The notes under the pieces were generated by a model. It saw only the letters and a program-made list of their open reading frames with translations, was not told the origin of the DNA and ran no database searches. A DNA stretch of 63,663 bases, the filler included, from Deltaproteobacteria bacterium (GTDB lineage Bacteria; JAUYMQ01), in assembly GCA_030698575.1 (NCBI GenBank). It is 9 parts of 9 records of this genome, joined end to end, with 100 filler letters (N's around TTAATTAATTAA, not from the genome) between each part and the next. Parts side by side here need not be neighbours in the genome. Positions count along the whole stretch, not along the records: positions 42,796 to 57,809 come from JAUYMQ010000209.1; 8 more parts are not named here. One strand, written 5' to 3'. A program made the position numbers and the translations under genes. Below, piece by piece: positions 47,066 through 57,909 of this stretch; the first letter of the stretch is position 1; every line of letters starts with the position of its first letter.

Positions 47066-48319
47066 ATGTCTGTTTTGCGGGAGCAGGATCCGGAAATTGC
47101 GGAAGCGATTTACAAGGAAACGGTGCGCCAGGCAAGCACGCTCGAGTTGATCGCCAGCGAGAACTTCGTGAGCGAGGCCGTCATGGAGGCGATGGGGTCG
47201 CCGCTCACCAACAAGTACGCCGAAGGGCTCCCGGGGCGGCGCTACTACGGCGGTTGCGTCTACGTGGACATCGCCGAGGAGCTGGCCATCCAGCGCGCCA
47301 AGGACATTTTCGGGGCCGAAGCCGCCAACGTGCAGCCCCACTCCGGCGCCCAGGCCAACATGGCCGTCTTCATGGCGACGCTCAAGCCGGGCGACACCTA
47401 TCTCGGCATGAACCTCTCTCACGGCGGCCATCTCACTCACGGGAGCCCCGTCAACTTCTCGGGCAAGCTCTACAAGGTCTTCCCCTACGGGGTGCGCGAG
47501 TCCGATCACCTGATCGACTACGATCAGGTCCGCGCGCTCGCCCTCGAGCACCGGCCGAAGATGATAGTCGTCGGCGCCAGCGCCTACCCGCGCCACATCG
47601 ACTTCGCCCGGTTCCGGGCCATCGCCGACGAGGTAGGCGCCGTCATCATGTCCGACATCGCGCACTACGCCGGCCTGGTGGTGGCTGGGCTCTTCCCCGA
47701 CCCGGTGCCCCACTGCGAGTTCGTCACCTCGACCACCCACAAGACGCTTCGCGGCCCGCGCGGCGGCCTCATTCTCTGCCAGGAAGCCTACGCGAAGGCA
47801 ATCAACTCTTCCGTGTTCCCCGGCATCCAGGGTGGGCCGCTCATGCACGTGATTGCAGCGAAAGCGGTGGCCTTCAAGGAGGCCCAGAGTGACGCCTTCC
47901 GCGACTACCAGAAGCAGATCGTCCTGAATGCGCGCGCGCTCGCGGCAAAGCTCCAGGCGCGCGGCTGGAACCTCGTCTCCGGCGGGACCGACACTCATCT
48001 TCTTCTCGTAAATCTCCTGGGGACCGATCTCACGGGAAAGATCGCCGAGGAGGCGCTCGACCGTGCCGGTATCACCGTCAACAAGAACACGGTTCCCTTC
48101 GAGACCCGTTCACCCTTCGTGACCAGCGGAATCCGGATCGGCACGCCGGCCGTGACCACCCGCGGCATGAAGGAGATCGAGATGGAGACCATGGGCGATC
48201 TGATCGCCGACATCCTCGAGCGGCCGGACGACGACGCCCGCATCGAGAGCGTGCGCAAGAAGGTTCAGGAACTCTGCGCCGCTTTTCCGCTCTACGCCAG
48301 CCGCCTGGCGTCGTACTGA
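47066..48319 (+). CDS. glyA: Serine hydroxymethyltransferase
   Basis: LIASEN, NKYAEG, GGHLTHG and [12 protein letters not shown]. Confidence 0.98.
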   Translation: MSVLREQDPEIAEAIYKETVRQASTLELIASENFVSEAVMEAMGSPLTNKYAEGLPGRRYYGGCVYVDIAEELAIQRAKDIFGAEAANVQPHSGAQANMAVFMATLKPGDTYLGMNLSHGGHLTHGSPVNFSGKLYKVFPYGVRESDHLIDYDQVRALALEHRPKMIVVGASAYPRHIDFARFRAIADEVGAVIMSDIAHYAGLVVAGLFPDPVPHCEFVTSTTHKTLRGPRGGLILCQEAYAKAINSSVFPGIQGGPLMHVIAAKAVAFKEAQSDAFRDYQKQIVLNARALAAKLQARGWNLVSGGTDTHLLLVNLLGTDLTGKIAEEALDRAGITVNKNTVPFETRSPFVTSGIRIGTPAVTTRGMKEIEMETMGDLIADILERPDDDARIESVRKKVQELCAAFPLYASRLASY

Positions 48320-48388
48320 CTTCCCCTCACCGGCCCGGGCTCCGCGCCCGCGCAGGCAGGGGGCGCCTGGCGGCGAATCGAGGCCCTC

Positions 48389-48871
48389 GTGCGCTGCCCG
48401 TTCTGCTCGAATACCGACAGCAAGGTGATCGATTCGCGGCTCTCGCGGGACGACAACGTCATCCGACGTCGCCGCGAATGCGAGAGTTGCGAGCGGCGAT
48501 TTACCACCTACGAACGCATCGAGGAGATCCTCCCGCTCGTGGTCAAGAAGGACGGCCGCCGGGAGCCCTTCGATCGGATGAAGATTCTGGCGGGCATGCA
48601 GACGGCCTGCGAGAAGCGCCCCGTGAGCGTGGAGACCATCGAAGGGCTCGTGGGGAGGATCGAGAAGGGCATCCAGGAGTCGGGGGACAAGGAAATCCCC
48701 AGCTCGCGTATCGGCGAGGCCATCATGTCCGAACTCCACGATCTCGATCAGGTGGCCTACGTGCGCTTCGCCTCTGTGTACCGATCCTTCAAGGACCTGA
48801 ACGAATTCATGACGGAGCTCAAAGAACTTCTCAATGAGGAAAAAAAGAAGTCGGGCGCCGGAAAGAGCTGA
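48389..48871 (+). CDS. nrdR: Transcriptional repressor NrdR
   Basis: CPFC..VIDSR..RRRREC..C..RFTTYE and YVRFASVY. Confidence 0.97.
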   Translation: MRCPFCSNTDSKVIDSRLSRDDNVIRRRRECESCERRFTTYERIEEILPLVVKKDGRREPFDRMKILAGMQTACEKRPVSVETIEGLVGRIEKGIQESGDKEIPSSRIGEAIMSELHDLDQVAYVRFASVYRSFKDLNEFMTELKELLNEEKKKSGAGKS

Positions 48872-49979
48872 GGATCAGGCAAGGCACGAGCGCTTCATGC
48901 GCCGGGCGCTCGCCCTCGCGCGCCGCGGTGAAGGCTGGACGAGCCCGAACCCGATGGTGGGGGCAGTGGTGGCCCGGGGCGACCGTATCGTCGCCGAGGG
49001 CTGGCACAGGCGGCTGGGCGCCGAGCACGCCGAGGCGATGGCGCTCCGCCGGGCAGGACGTCGGGCCCGGGGGGCCACGCTTTACGTCACGCTTGAGCCC
49101 TGCAACCACACTGCGCGAACCCCGCCCTGCACGGACCAGGTGATCACGAGCGGAGTCGCGCGGGTCGTCACCGGCATGCGCGATCCGAACCGGCGGGTCC
49201 GCGGCGGCGGAGACGCAGCGCTCAGGCGCGCGGGCCTCGTGGTCGTCGAAGGCCTGCTCGAGCGAGAGTGCCGCGCTCTCAATGCGGCCTTCGTGAAGCA
49301 GGCCCTGACGGGCCTCCCGTTCGTTACCCTCAAGATGGCAATGAGCCTTGACGGAAAGGTGGCCACCGCGCGCGGACGCCGCACCGCGATCTCGGGGCCC
49401 GAGGGGGCGCGGTTCGTGCACGGCCTCCGGCACGCGTCCGACGCCATCCTCGTGGGCGTTCGCACGGTGCGCGTCGACGATCCGCTCCTCACCACGCGCA
49501 TCCGGGGAGCCGGGGGGCGGGCCCAAGCCGGCAAAGATCCTCTGCGCGTGATCGTCGACAGCCGGCTTCGCATGCCCCCGGGAGCGCGGTTGCTTCACAC
49601 GGGGTCGCCCGCAGGGACCATCATCGCCGCCGCGCGCGGCGCGGCGCGAAGCCGCGAAGCCCGGCTGGCCGCGGAAGGCGCGGCGATCTGGCGGTTGCCG
49701 TCGCGCCAGGGCGGGGTCAGCTTGCGGGCTCTGATGCGGGCGCTCGGCGAGCGGGGTGTCCAGTCGGTTCTCATCGAGGGCGGGCCCGCGGTCGCCGTCT
49801 CGGCTCTTGAAGAGCGGGTGGTCGATCGCCTGCTTCTTCTCATCGCGCCCCGGCTCATGGGCGTCGGCGCTCCCGGCCTGTTCGACCGTGCGCTCCGCCG
49901 GCCGCTCTCCATCAAGCGGCTCTGCACCGGCCGGCTGGGCGGCGACCTTCTGCTGGACGCCGAACTGACCCCGGCCTGA
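48834..49979 (+). CDS. ribD: Riboflavin biosynthesis deaminase/reductase
   Basis: [25 protein letters not shown] and IEGG. Confidence 0.95.
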   Translation: MRKKRSRAPERAEDQARHERFMRRALALARRGEGWTSPNPMVGAVVARGDRIVAEGWHRRLGAEHAEAMALRRAGRRARGATLYVTLEPCNHTARTPPCTDQVITSGVARVVTGMRDPNRRVRGGGDAALRRAGLVVVEGLLERECRALNAAFVKQALTGLPFVTLKMAMSLDGKVATARGRRTAISGPEGARFVHGLRHASDAILVGVRTVRVDDPLLTTRIRGAGGRAQAGKDPLRVIVDSRLRMPPGARLLHTGSPAGTIIAAARGAARSREARLAAEGAAIWRLPSRQGGVSLRALMRALGERGVQSVLIEGGPAVAVSALEERVVDRLLLLIAPRLMGVGAPGLFDRALRRPLSIKRLCTGRLGGDLLLDAELTPA

Positions 49980-50010
49980 TATCAGGCCCGGCCCGATCGG
50001 GGAGGAACGC

Positions 50011-50661
50011 GTGTTCACCGGCATCGTGGAAACCCTCGGGCGTGTGCGCGGCATCACGCGGGTGAGCGGCGCCAGGCGCCTCACGATCGAGGCGAGGCTT
50101 CCCACGCTTTCCCTCGGCGAAAGTATTGCTGTGAACGGGGTTTGCCTGACGGTCTCGCGCAAGGGGCGCGGGAGTTTCCAGGCGGAAGTTTCGCCCGAGT
50201 CGGTCCGCCGGACGGCGCTCGATGGACTTCGTGTTGGCTCGAAGGTGAATCTCGAGCGCGCGCTGAGGGCCGACGGCCGGCTCGGCGGGCATATCGTACA
50301 GGGGCACGTGGACGGCGTGGGCAAGGTGGTGCGGATCGAGCCCGAGGCGAACGCCTGGATGTACACCTTCGAGGCGCCCGCGGCCGTGGCCCGCTACCTT
50401 GTCGAGAAGGGTTCCGTGGCCGTCGACGGCGTGAGCCTTACGGTAGCCGGCCTTCGCGGGCGGCGCTTCAAGGTTGCGATCATCCCGCACACGGCCTCGA
50501 ACACCACGCTGGGAGATCGTGAGCCCGGCGAGCCCGTGAATCTCGAGGCCGACGTGCTTGCCAAATATGTAGAGAAGCTTGCGGGCGTCGCGGGTCGGGC
50601 CCGCCGCCGGAAGACCAGCCCGTCGCGCGCCAGGCGCGGCCCGGCCGGGAAGAGGCGATAG
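50011..50661 (+). CDS. ribE: Riboflavin synthase
   Basis: MFTGIVE, GVCLTV, GGHIVQGHVD and DGVSLTV. Confidence 0.95.
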   Translation: MFTGIVETLGRVRGITRVSGARRLTIEARLPTLSLGESIAVNGVCLTVSRKGRGSFQAEVSPESVRRTALDGLRVGSKVNLERALRADGRLGGHIVQGHVDGVGKVVRIEPEANAWMYTFEAPAAVARYLVEKGSVAVDGVSLTVAGLRGRRFKVAIIPHTASNTTLGDREPGEPVNLEADVLAKYVEKLAGVAGRARRRKTSPSRARRGPAGKRR

Positions 50662-51138
50662 ATGGTGAAGATTATCGAGGGTTCGACGGACGCGCGCGAA
50701 ATGTCCCTGGCCGTGGTGGTGAGCCGCTTCAACGAGAGCGTCTCGGCGCGCCTCCTCGAGGGCGCCCTCAAGGCCCTGGGCCGGGCCGGCGCGGCGGATG
50801 ATCGGAGCGAGGTCCACTGGGTCCCCGGCGCCTGGGAGCTGCCGCTCGCCGCCCGGCGGCTCGCCGCTTCGGGCCGCTACGATGCGATCATCGCGCTGGG
50901 TTGCGTGGTGCGCGGCGGGACTCCGCACTTCGAGTATGTGTCGGCGGCCGCCGCCGAGGGCCTGGCCCGGGTCATGCTCGATCACGACATTCCGCTGGCC
51001 CTCGGTGTCCTCACCTGCGACACTCTCGAACAGGCGATGGATCGCGCGGGAGGGAAGCTCGGCAACAAGGGAGCGGAAGCCGCGCTGAGCGCGATCGAGA
51101 TCGCGAACCTTCTCAGGACGGCCGGCAAGGCGGATTAG
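50662..51138 (+). CDS. ribH: 6,7-dimethyl-8-ribityllumazine synthase
   Basis: SRFN, VPGAWELP, RGGTPHFEYV and GNKGAEAA. Confidence 0.96.
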   Translation: MVKIIEGSTDAREMSLAVVVSRFNESVSARLLEGALKALGRAGAADDRSEVHWVPGAWELPLAARRLAASGRYDAIIALGCVVRGGTPHFEYVSAAAAEGLARVMLDHDIPLALGVLTCDTLEQAMDRAGGKLGNKGAEAALSAIEIANLLRTAGKAD

Positions 51139-51594
51139 ATGGGAAAGCGCCGCTCGGGGCGGGAGCTTGCCCTGCAGATGCTCTACGGGATCGACGTGTC
51201 CAGCGAGCCGCCCGATGAGGCGCTCGATGAGGCGCTCGATCGGCACGGCCGGAGCTTCAAGGCGCCTCCCGACGTGGCCGGGTTCGCGAGGTCGCTCGTT
51301 GTCGGCGTCACGGAGAACCGCGAGGCGCTCGACGCGGTCATCTCCGAAGCATCGGAACACTGGCGGCTCGATCGCATGTCCCTGGTCGACCGGAACATCC
51401 TGCGGATGGCGATCTTCGAGATGACCCATATGCCGGAGATGTCGCCGTCGATGGCCATGAACGAGGCGATCGAGATCGCAAAGTCCTACGGCACCGAGGC
51501 TTCCCCCGCTTTCATCAACGGAATCCTCGACCGGGCCCAGGCGATCATCGGCGCCCGGCCCGTGAGCCGGCCCGGGAGCAAGGAGAAGTCATGA
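51139..51594 (+). CDS. nusB: Transcription antitermination factor NusB
   Basis: RELALQMLY, DRNILR, NEAIEIAK and FINGILD. Confidence 0.96.
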   Translation: MGKRRSGRELALQMLYGIDVSSEPPDEALDEALDRHGRSFKAPPDVAGFARSLVVGVTENREALDAVISEASEHWRLDRMSLVDRNILRMAIFEMTHMPEMSPSMAMNEAIEIAKSYGTEASPAFINGILDRAQAIIGARPVSRPGSKEKS

Positions 51595-52160
51595 GCCGCT
51601 TTCTCGAGATCAGCCATTCTTCGCGCGGTGCGTGCCGCGTGGGCACCAAGGCGCTCGTGGTCGGCTTCTTCAACGACGATCGCCCGCTGCGCGGGGCGGT
51701 CGGCATGGTGGACTGGCGGCTGAACGGCTACGTTTCGCGGCTGCTCGAAGCGCAGCGCCTGTCGGGAGATTCGACCGAGAGCACGCTGGTGGCCAGCAGC
51801 GGCCGGCTGGGCGCCGACTTCGCCCTTCTCGTGGGTCTCGGTCAACGGGCTCACTACGGCTACGAGCGCATCACCGACATCACCTCCAGCGCCACCATGA
51901 CCCTGCAGAAACTCCACGTGGAAGAGTTCGCGCTCGAAGTGCCGGGAGCCCGCCTCATGGGGCTGGATCCCGCCGAGAGCGTCTACAACGCGGTCAAGGG
52001 GATCGTGAAGATTCTCTCGGCCTCCGCCCCGGAGACGGCGCGCATGCGGGCCGTCTTCCTCGAGCCGGATGACGTCAGCGCCCGTCTGCGGTTCGGCCTC
52101 CGCAAGGCGCAGTCAAACTTCCAGGGACGCGTGCAGATTGCCCTCGCCGGAACCGCCTAA
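51591..52160 (+). CDS. Stand-alone leucyl aminopeptidase (M17) N-terminal domain protein
   Basis: DDRPLRGAVGMVDWRLNG and LLVGLG. No catalytic domain follows. Confidence 0.7.
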   Translation: MSRFLEISHSSRGACRVGTKALVVGFFNDDRPLRGAVGMVDWRLNGYVSRLLEAQRLSGDSTESTLVASSGRLGADFALLVGLGQRAHYGYERITDITSSATMTLQKLHVEEFALEVPGARLMGLDPAESVYNAVKGIVKILSASAPETARMRAVFLEPDDVSARLRFGLRKAQSNFQGRVQIALAGTA

Positions 52161-52344
52161 ACGCGCCGCTTTCCAGCCCTCTGGTCCCGGATCCGGGACA
52201 CCCGCTTTCCCGCTCAGATCCTCAAGTTCCTGCCCTACGGACCGATTACAAGCCTAGGCTAACTGCGTGTCGACCGAGAAGTTTTCCGGCCGGAAGGTCA
52301 GGGTACGCTCGGTCTCGCCCGCTTCAATATGAGTCGAAATCGCC

Positions 52345-54165
52345 ATGAGCCTCGTCGGGAATCTGGAGGATCTTGGATTCGGCGACATCCTCCAGATCAT
52401 AAGCCTGAGCCGCAAGTCGGGCGTCTTCCTGGTCCACGAAGGCGAGCGGAAGGCGAAGATTCTGTTTCGTAGCGGCCAGGTGCTCGCGGCCTTCACCAAC
52501 TTCGAACGGCAGGACCTCTGCGCGCGCCTCCTCGCTTCGGGCGACGCCGACGAGAAGATCGCGTCGACGGCGATCCGCCGTTTCCGCCAGCAAGAAGGAA
52601 AACACGCCATTTCCGACTGTCTCATCGAGGCGGGCGCCCGGCGACAGGTCGTCGAGCGGGAGGTTCGCGCGGAAATCGGGCGCGCGGTTATCGCGATCTT
52701 TGGCTGGCGGGACGGCGAATTCAGTTTCGAACTGAAGGACATCGACGAGGACCTTCACCGTGTGCGCGCCAACCCGTACCGGCTCGTCCTGGAAGACGGG
52801 ATCAACCCGCAGTTCCTCGCCATGGAGGGAACACGCCTGACCGATGAGGCGCGGCGCGATCAAGGCCAGTCCGGGATCCCGGCGGTGATCTCGGCGCCGA
52901 CGGCAGAGAGCGCAGCGGAAGCCGGGCCGGACCAGCCCCCCGTCGGACCGGAGATGGTGGAGGCGGTCGCGCCGGAGAACTCTCCCGGGACAACCCGGGC
53001 GGAATCGCCGGAGGCAGAAAAGATCCCGTTGCAGGACCCTGCCCATCCGCCCGTATTGCTCGTGGATGACGACGTCCGCTTCCTCGAGGTCGTGAAAACC
53101 GCCCTCATCGAGAAGGGCTACCGGGTCGAGTGCTTCGAGGACGGGGGCGCGGCGCACGACTGGCTGGAAGCCGACGGGGCCGGGCGCCTGCCGCTCTGCA
53201 TCGTGAGCGATCTCATCATGCCGCGGGCGGACGGCGAGGGAATTCTCGGGGGGCTCGAGCTGCTCGAGCGCGTACGCGCCCGGCATCGAACGGTCCCCTT
53301 CGTCCTGTTTTCCGATCATCCCCATGACGAAGCTGAGCGGCGGGCGCGGTTGCTCGATGTCGATTTTGTCCTGGCGAAGCCGCGTAGCGGCGAGATCGCC
53401 GGCGGCGAGGGCAGCCGGGGCCTCGACGGCTTCCTCGCTGCGATGGATCCAATCCTCTGCAGCTTCCTGAGGCGGCGTGAGGAGGATGACCGCCCTGCGG
53501 CCCCGAGTCGCGACGGAGGCGGGCCCGCGCCGGAGGACGAGACGATCCTTGATTTGCGGAGAGCGCTGCTGCCGGATCTTCCGGATCTCGATGATACGGG
53601 TGAGTCGCAGTGGAGGGAGGAGGGCCGGCCTGAAGAAGCTGCCCCCGGCCTCTCGATCCTGCGCTCGATGCTCTGCGAGCTGTCGAGCCCCATCGCGGGA
53701 GGGCAGATCTCGCTCCTGATCCTCCGCTTTGCCGCAGAGGTCATGAACCGCGCCGTGATCTTTCTGGCGGGCAAGGACGAGGTAACGGGGCTCGGACAGT
53801 TCGGGATCAGCGCGCAGCCAGGGCTGCCGGACCGCAGCGTGCGATCCATACGCATCCCGCTCGGGGCGCCGTCCGTCTTCCATGACGTCGTCGCGAAACG
53901 ATCGGTCCTGCGGGGACCGCTCGAAGAGAACCTCTGGAATCAGCGGCTTGTCGATCTTCTCGGAGGCGTCAGGCCGTTGGAGGCTTTCGTGGCGCCGGTC
54001 GTGGCGGGGGATGGCGTCGTCGCGGTGCTGTACGGCGACAATCTGCCCGAACAGCGGGCCATCGGGAACACCGAGTCGCTCGAGATCTTCCTCACGCAGG
54101 CGGGCGTCGCCTTCGAGAAGGCGATTCTCGAGAGACGCATTCTCGAATTGAACACCGGGCAGTGA
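52345..54165 (+). CDS. DUF4388(PATAN)-receiver-GAF-like signalling protein
   Basis: MSLVGNLEDLGFGDILQIISLSRKSG, LLVDDD..SDLIMP and LYGDN. Confidence 0.85.
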   Translation: MSLVGNLEDLGFGDILQIISLSRKSGVFLVHEGERKAKILFRSGQVLAAFTNFERQDLCARLLASGDADEKIASTAIRRFRQQEGKHAISDCLIEAGARRQVVEREVRAEIGRAVIAIFGWRDGEFSFELKDIDEDLHRVRANPYRLVLEDGINPQFLAMEGTRLTDEARRDQGQSGIPAVISAPTAESAAEAGPDQPPVGPEMVEAVAPENSPGTTRAESPEAEKIPLQDPAHPPVLLVDDDVRFLEVVKTALIEKGYRVECFEDGGAAHDWLEADGAGRLPLCIVSDLIMPRADGEGILGGLELLERVRARHRTVPFVLFSDHPHDEAERRARLLDVDFVLAKPRSGEIAGGEGSRGLDGFLAAMDPILCSFLRRREEDDRPAAPSRDGGGPAPEDETILDLRRALLPDLPDLDDTGESQWREEGRPEEAAPGLSILRSMLCELSSPIAGGQISLLILRFAAEVMNRAVIFLAGKDEVTGLGQFGISAQPGLPDRSVRSIRIPLGAPSVFHDVVAKRSVLRGPLEENLWNQRLVDLLGGVRPLEAFVAPVVAGDGVVAVLYGDNLPEQRAIGNTESLEIFLTQAGVAFEKAILERRILELNTGQ

Positions 54166-54212
54166 CCCATCCGGGCTCCGGAAAGTCACGCACCAACTGG
54201 ACGAGGTGAAAG

Positions 54213-54611
54213 GTGAGCCAGCAGGTCCTCGTGGTCGAAGACTCGAGCACCACACGCTCCCTCATCGTATCCACGCTCGAGACGATCGACGGAATCGTCG
54301 TCACCGAGAGTGGAAACGGGTTCGAGGCGTTGAAGGTGATACCGCGGGTGAAATTCAACCTGATCATCACCGATATCAACATGCCGGACATCAACGGCCT
54401 CGAGCTGGTGAGCTTTGTGAAGAGGAGTCCCCTCTACAGGCACATACCGTTGATCATCGTGACGACGGAAGGACACGACAGGGACCGTGAGCGGGGAATC
54501 GCGCTGGGCGCCGATGAGTATCTCGTGAAGCCCTTCGATCCCGCAGCGCTCCAGAGCCTCGTCGAGAAGCACCTGAAAGTTCCTGCTTCCGGTGAAGCGG
54601 CCAGGGCCTGA
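54213..54611 (+). CDS. cheY: CheY-like response regulator
   Basis: VVEDS, TDINMPDING, VTTEG and KPF. Confidence 0.88.
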   Translation: MSQQVLVVEDSSTTRSLIVSTLETIDGIVVTESGNGFEALKVIPRVKFNLIITDINMPDINGLELVSFVKRSPLYRHIPLIIVTTEGHDRDRERGIALGADEYLVKPFDPAALQSLVEKHLKVPASGEAARA

Positions 54612-54646
54612 GCCGGATGGCGAAGGGTGTTGGCGCGAGAGAGATC

Positions 54647-56704
54647 ATGAGCGAGCAACCACAAGATATCTCCAAAAAAGCTCTCCAGGAGTTTCTCTCC
54701 GAGGCTGAGGAGATCATCGAGAAGCTCAATCAGGACCTCCTTCTCCTCGAGGAGGCGGCTCCGGGCGGCGCGGTGGATCCTGATCTTCTCAACGAGATTT
54801 TCCGGTCCGCCCACAGCCTGAAGGGCCTCTCGGGCATGTTCGGGTTCTCGAAAGTGATGTCCCTCTCACATAATCTCGAGAACCTTCTGGACAGGCTGCG
54901 GATGGGCAAGGTGAGCCTGACCGCGCCCGTCACCGACGTGCTCCTCTCTACGGTGGAGCTCCTGCGGAAGATCGTGGCGCAGACCTCGGAGGGGGGAGAC
55001 GAGTTCGAGGAAAGGCAGATTGACGGGATAATTGCCCGGCTGGAAAGCGTGCTGAGCGACGATCGCGCCGCCGATGAATCCGGGCCCCTCGACGAACTCG
55101 AGATCGATCCCGAAATGCTCAACGTCCTCACCGAGTACGAGGAGCATCGCCTGATTGAGAACGTTCGGCAGCGCCGGCGGATCTACATGGTTCACGCAAA
55201 TTTCGACCTTCTAACATTCGATCAGGCGCTGGGCGAATTGACCGCCCAGCTGAAGCAGCACGGCGAGGTGATCACGACGCTGCCCGCGGCGAGTCCGAGC
55301 AAGGAAACGGAAATCGAATTCGAGATCATCGTGGGTTCGGACCTCCGCGAGTCGGTGATCCGGGAAGCGCTCCAGCGAAGCGGCGCCAAACTGAAGGAGA
55401 TCGCCTACCGGAATCCACGGAAGCAGGATGACGGGCAACGGTTCGATGACGGGATGCCGTCTTCCACCGGGATGTCGCGTGAAACCTTCGACGAGGGGGT
55501 TTCCAGCCTCAAGTCGGTCAGCGAAACGGTCCGCGTGGACATCCGGAAGCTGGATTTCCTGATGAACTTGGTGGGCGAGCTCGGCCAGGTGAAATCGAAA
55601 ATGCAGCAGCTCACCGAGATCTTCAAGGGAAAGCGCGAACATGAAGGCCCCGCGGACCTGATCCGGAAGATTGCAAAGGATTTCGATCGGAAGCTGGCGG
55701 AGCTCCAGACGGGCGTCATGGACGTTCGGATGGTTCCGCTCAGGCAGGTCTTCGACAAGCTTTCGCGCATCGTGAAGACGACCGCGCGGGATCTCAGGAA
55801 AAACGTCGCTCTCGAGGTGGAGGGCGCCGACACCGAGCTCGACAAGCTGATCGTGGAAGAGCTGGTCGATCCGCTGATGCACATCGTCCGCAACGCAATC
55901 GATCACGGGATCGAGCCCGTTCCCGAGCGCGTGGCCTGCGGGAAGCCCGAGAAGGCCACTCTGTGGATCAGGGCTTCCCAGCGCGGAAACCACGTCGTGA
56001 TCGAGATCGAAGACGACGGCCGTGGAATGCACAGCCGGCGCATCTACGAGGCCGCCGTTGCGAAGGGGCATGTGCAGGAGGGCGCCAAGCTTTCCAGGCG
56101 CGAGATCCTCGACCTCGTTCTCCTGCCGGGTTTCAGCACGAAGAGCGAAGTCAGCGAGACGTCGGGCCGCGGCGTGGGCCTGGATATCGTGAAGGAGAGA
56201 ATCGCGAAGCTGTCGGGGATCATCGAGATCGACAGCGAGGAAGACAAGGGGACGACGCTGTCCATCATGCTGCCGATAACGCTGGCGATCATCCAGGCGC
56301 TGATCGTCGAGGTGCGCGGCCGGATCTACGCCCTTCCGCTGAATTCGGTTCTTGAGTGCCTGACGGTCGATCACAATCAGATCCAGACCATCGAGCGCCG
56401 GGAGGTGCTCCAGTTCAGGGAGGAAATTCTTCCGCTGGCAAGGCTCGCCTCCTTTTTCAAACTGGGAGAGCAGAGCCCGGCCGCCGAGAAGAGCTTTGTC
56501 GTTGTGGTCGGACTTGCCGAGCACCGGCTGGGGATCGTTGTGGACGGGCTTCACGGCCGGCAGGACATCGTCATCAAGTCGCTCGGGAAGCTCCTGCCGG
56601 AGGTCCGTGGAATTTCGGGCGCGACCGAGCTGGGTGACCAGCGGACGGTGCTCGTGATCGACATCGGAGCGCTCATCGAAGAAGCGATCCACAGGAAGGA
56701 CTGA
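54647..56704 (+). CDS. cheA: Chemotaxis histidine kinase
   Basis: Hpt FRSAHSLKG, HIVRNAIDHG, DDGRG, SGRGVGLD and a C-terminal CheW domain. Confidence 0.96.
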   Translation: MSEQPQDISKKALQEFLSEAEEIIEKLNQDLLLLEEAAPGGAVDPDLLNEIFRSAHSLKGLSGMFGFSKVMSLSHNLENLLDRLRMGKVSLTAPVTDVLLSTVELLRKIVAQTSEGGDEFEERQIDGIIARLESVLSDDRAADESGPLDELEIDPEMLNVLTEYEEHRLIENVRQRRRIYMVHANFDLLTFDQALGELTAQLKQHGEVITTLPAASPSKETEIEFEIIVGSDLRESVIREALQRSGAKLKEIAYRNPRKQDDGQRFDDGMPSSTGMSRETFDEGVSSLKSVSETVRVDIRKLDFLMNLVGELGQVKSKMQQLTEIFKGKREHEGPADLIRKIAKDFDRKLAELQTGVMDVRMVPLRQVFDKLSRIVKTTARDLRKNVALEVEGADTELDKLIVEELVDPLMHIVRNAIDHGIEPVPERVACGKPEKATLWIRASQRGNHVVIEIEDDGRGMHSRRIYEAAVAKGHVQEGAKLSRREILDLVLLPGFSTKSEVSETSGRGVGLDIVKERIAKLSGIIEIDSEEDKGTTLSIMLPITLAIIQALIVEVRGRIYALPLNSVLECLTVDHNQIQTIERREVLQFREEILPLARLASFFKLGEQSPAAEKSFVVVVGLAEHRLGIVVDGLHGRQDIVIKSLGKLLPEVRGISGATELGDQRTVLVIDIGALIEEAIHRKD

Positions 56705-56712
56705 GGGACGGA

Positions 56713-57549
56713 ATGGCCGGCCGGAAGATTGAAAAGAAGAAGATCGTGACCTTGCCGCCCGAGGGGGTCGCCAAGGCCGCCGAGCCCGGGGCGCCGGAGC
56801 CGGATGCGCCCCTGCCCGAGATGCCGCCGGACGAGATGCGCAATCAGGAAGCCTCCGCGGCCTGGCTGGCTATTCCCGTGGACGACTCTGCGATTCAGAC
56901 CTACCACGATGCGGGTTTGACCGTTTCGGACCGGGAGGGAGGGGCGGGTGGTCGTCCGACGAACGCCACACCCAGGACGGAGAAGGCAAGCGGGACCGAC
57001 GCCACCCAGTCGTTCTTTCCGCTCGAGGAAACGATCGATTCCTCCGATGCTTCCGGGGGGGGCTACGGCGTTGAGAGCCTGAACCTTCTCTGCATGGCGG
57101 TGGCGTCCGAAACCTTCGGGATAGATATACGGAGGGTGATGGAGATCATCCGGGCAAGGCCTGCCACCGAGCTTCCCGGCGTGTCGGAGTACATCAACGG
57201 GATCATCTCGCTGAGAGGCGCGATCGTTCCCGTGCTGGATCTGCGGCGGCGACTCGGGTTCGAGAGAGACAACGGTACCGGCGCCGACGCCCGGATTGTC
57301 GTCCTGGCGGTTGGGGACAAAGCAGCGGGCATTCTTGTGGACGCCGTTTCGCAGAAGATCCGCTTGCCGCAGGCTTCCATCGTGCCTCCGCCGGCGGCGC
57401 TCGGAAACGGAGAATCGGGGTTCCTGCTGGGCGTCTGCCGTCACCAGGGCCGGCTGATCTCAGTGCTCGACCCCGAGAAGCTGCTGGGGATCGAAACTGC
57501 CCCGGGCCGTGAGGCCAGAAGTGATACGGGCGCGGGAGAGGCGGCATGA
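56713..57549 (+). CDS. cheW: CheW with disordered N-terminal extension
   Basis: GIISLRGAIVPVLDLRRRLG and GILVDAV. Confidence 0.9.
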   Translation: MAGRKIEKKKIVTLPPEGVAKAAEPGAPEPDAPLPEMPPDEMRNQEASAAWLAIPVDDSAIQTYHDAGLTVSDREGGAGGRPTNATPRTEKASGTDATQSFFPLEETIDSSDASGGGYGVESLNLLCMAVASETFGIDIRRVMEIIRARPATELPGVSEYINGIISLRGAIVPVLDLRRRLGFERDNGTGADARIVVLAVGDKAAGILVDAVSQKIRLPQASIVPPPAALGNGESGFLLGVCRHQGRLISVLDPEKLLGIETAPGREARSDTGAGEAA

Positions 57550-57809
57550 AACGGGGGAGCCGACGCCAGCGTCGAGAGATGACCGGGGGAGATCTCGCGC
57601 ACTCGCTGGATGATGACAAATTTCTCGCCTTCCGGGTGGGCGACAAGCGTTACCTCCTCGAGATTCTCCGGGTCAAGGAAGTCGTTCGAATGCAGAAGAT
57701 GACGGCCATGCCCAACTCGCCACCCGCCATTGCGGGCGTAGTCGATCTGCGAGGAGGTTTTATTCCGATTCTTGACATGCGCTGGCACACCGGGATCGCG
57801 CCGGACCAT
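57546..57809 (+). CDS. cheW: Second CheW (3'-partial)
   Basis: FRVG..EILRVKEVV..GVVDLRGGFIPILD. Confidence 0.88.
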
Positions 57810-57909
57810 NNNNNNNNNNNNNNNNNNNNNNNNNNNNNNNNNNNNNNNNNNNNTTAATTAATTAANNNNNNNNNNNNNNNNNNNNNNNNNNNNNNNNNNN
57901 NNNNNNNNN

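Noticed and set aside
15854-57909. Repeated TTAATTAATTAA motif within N-runs
   Set aside because: Artificial all-frame-stop contig linker. ORFs crossing it and gene adjacency across it are meaningless.
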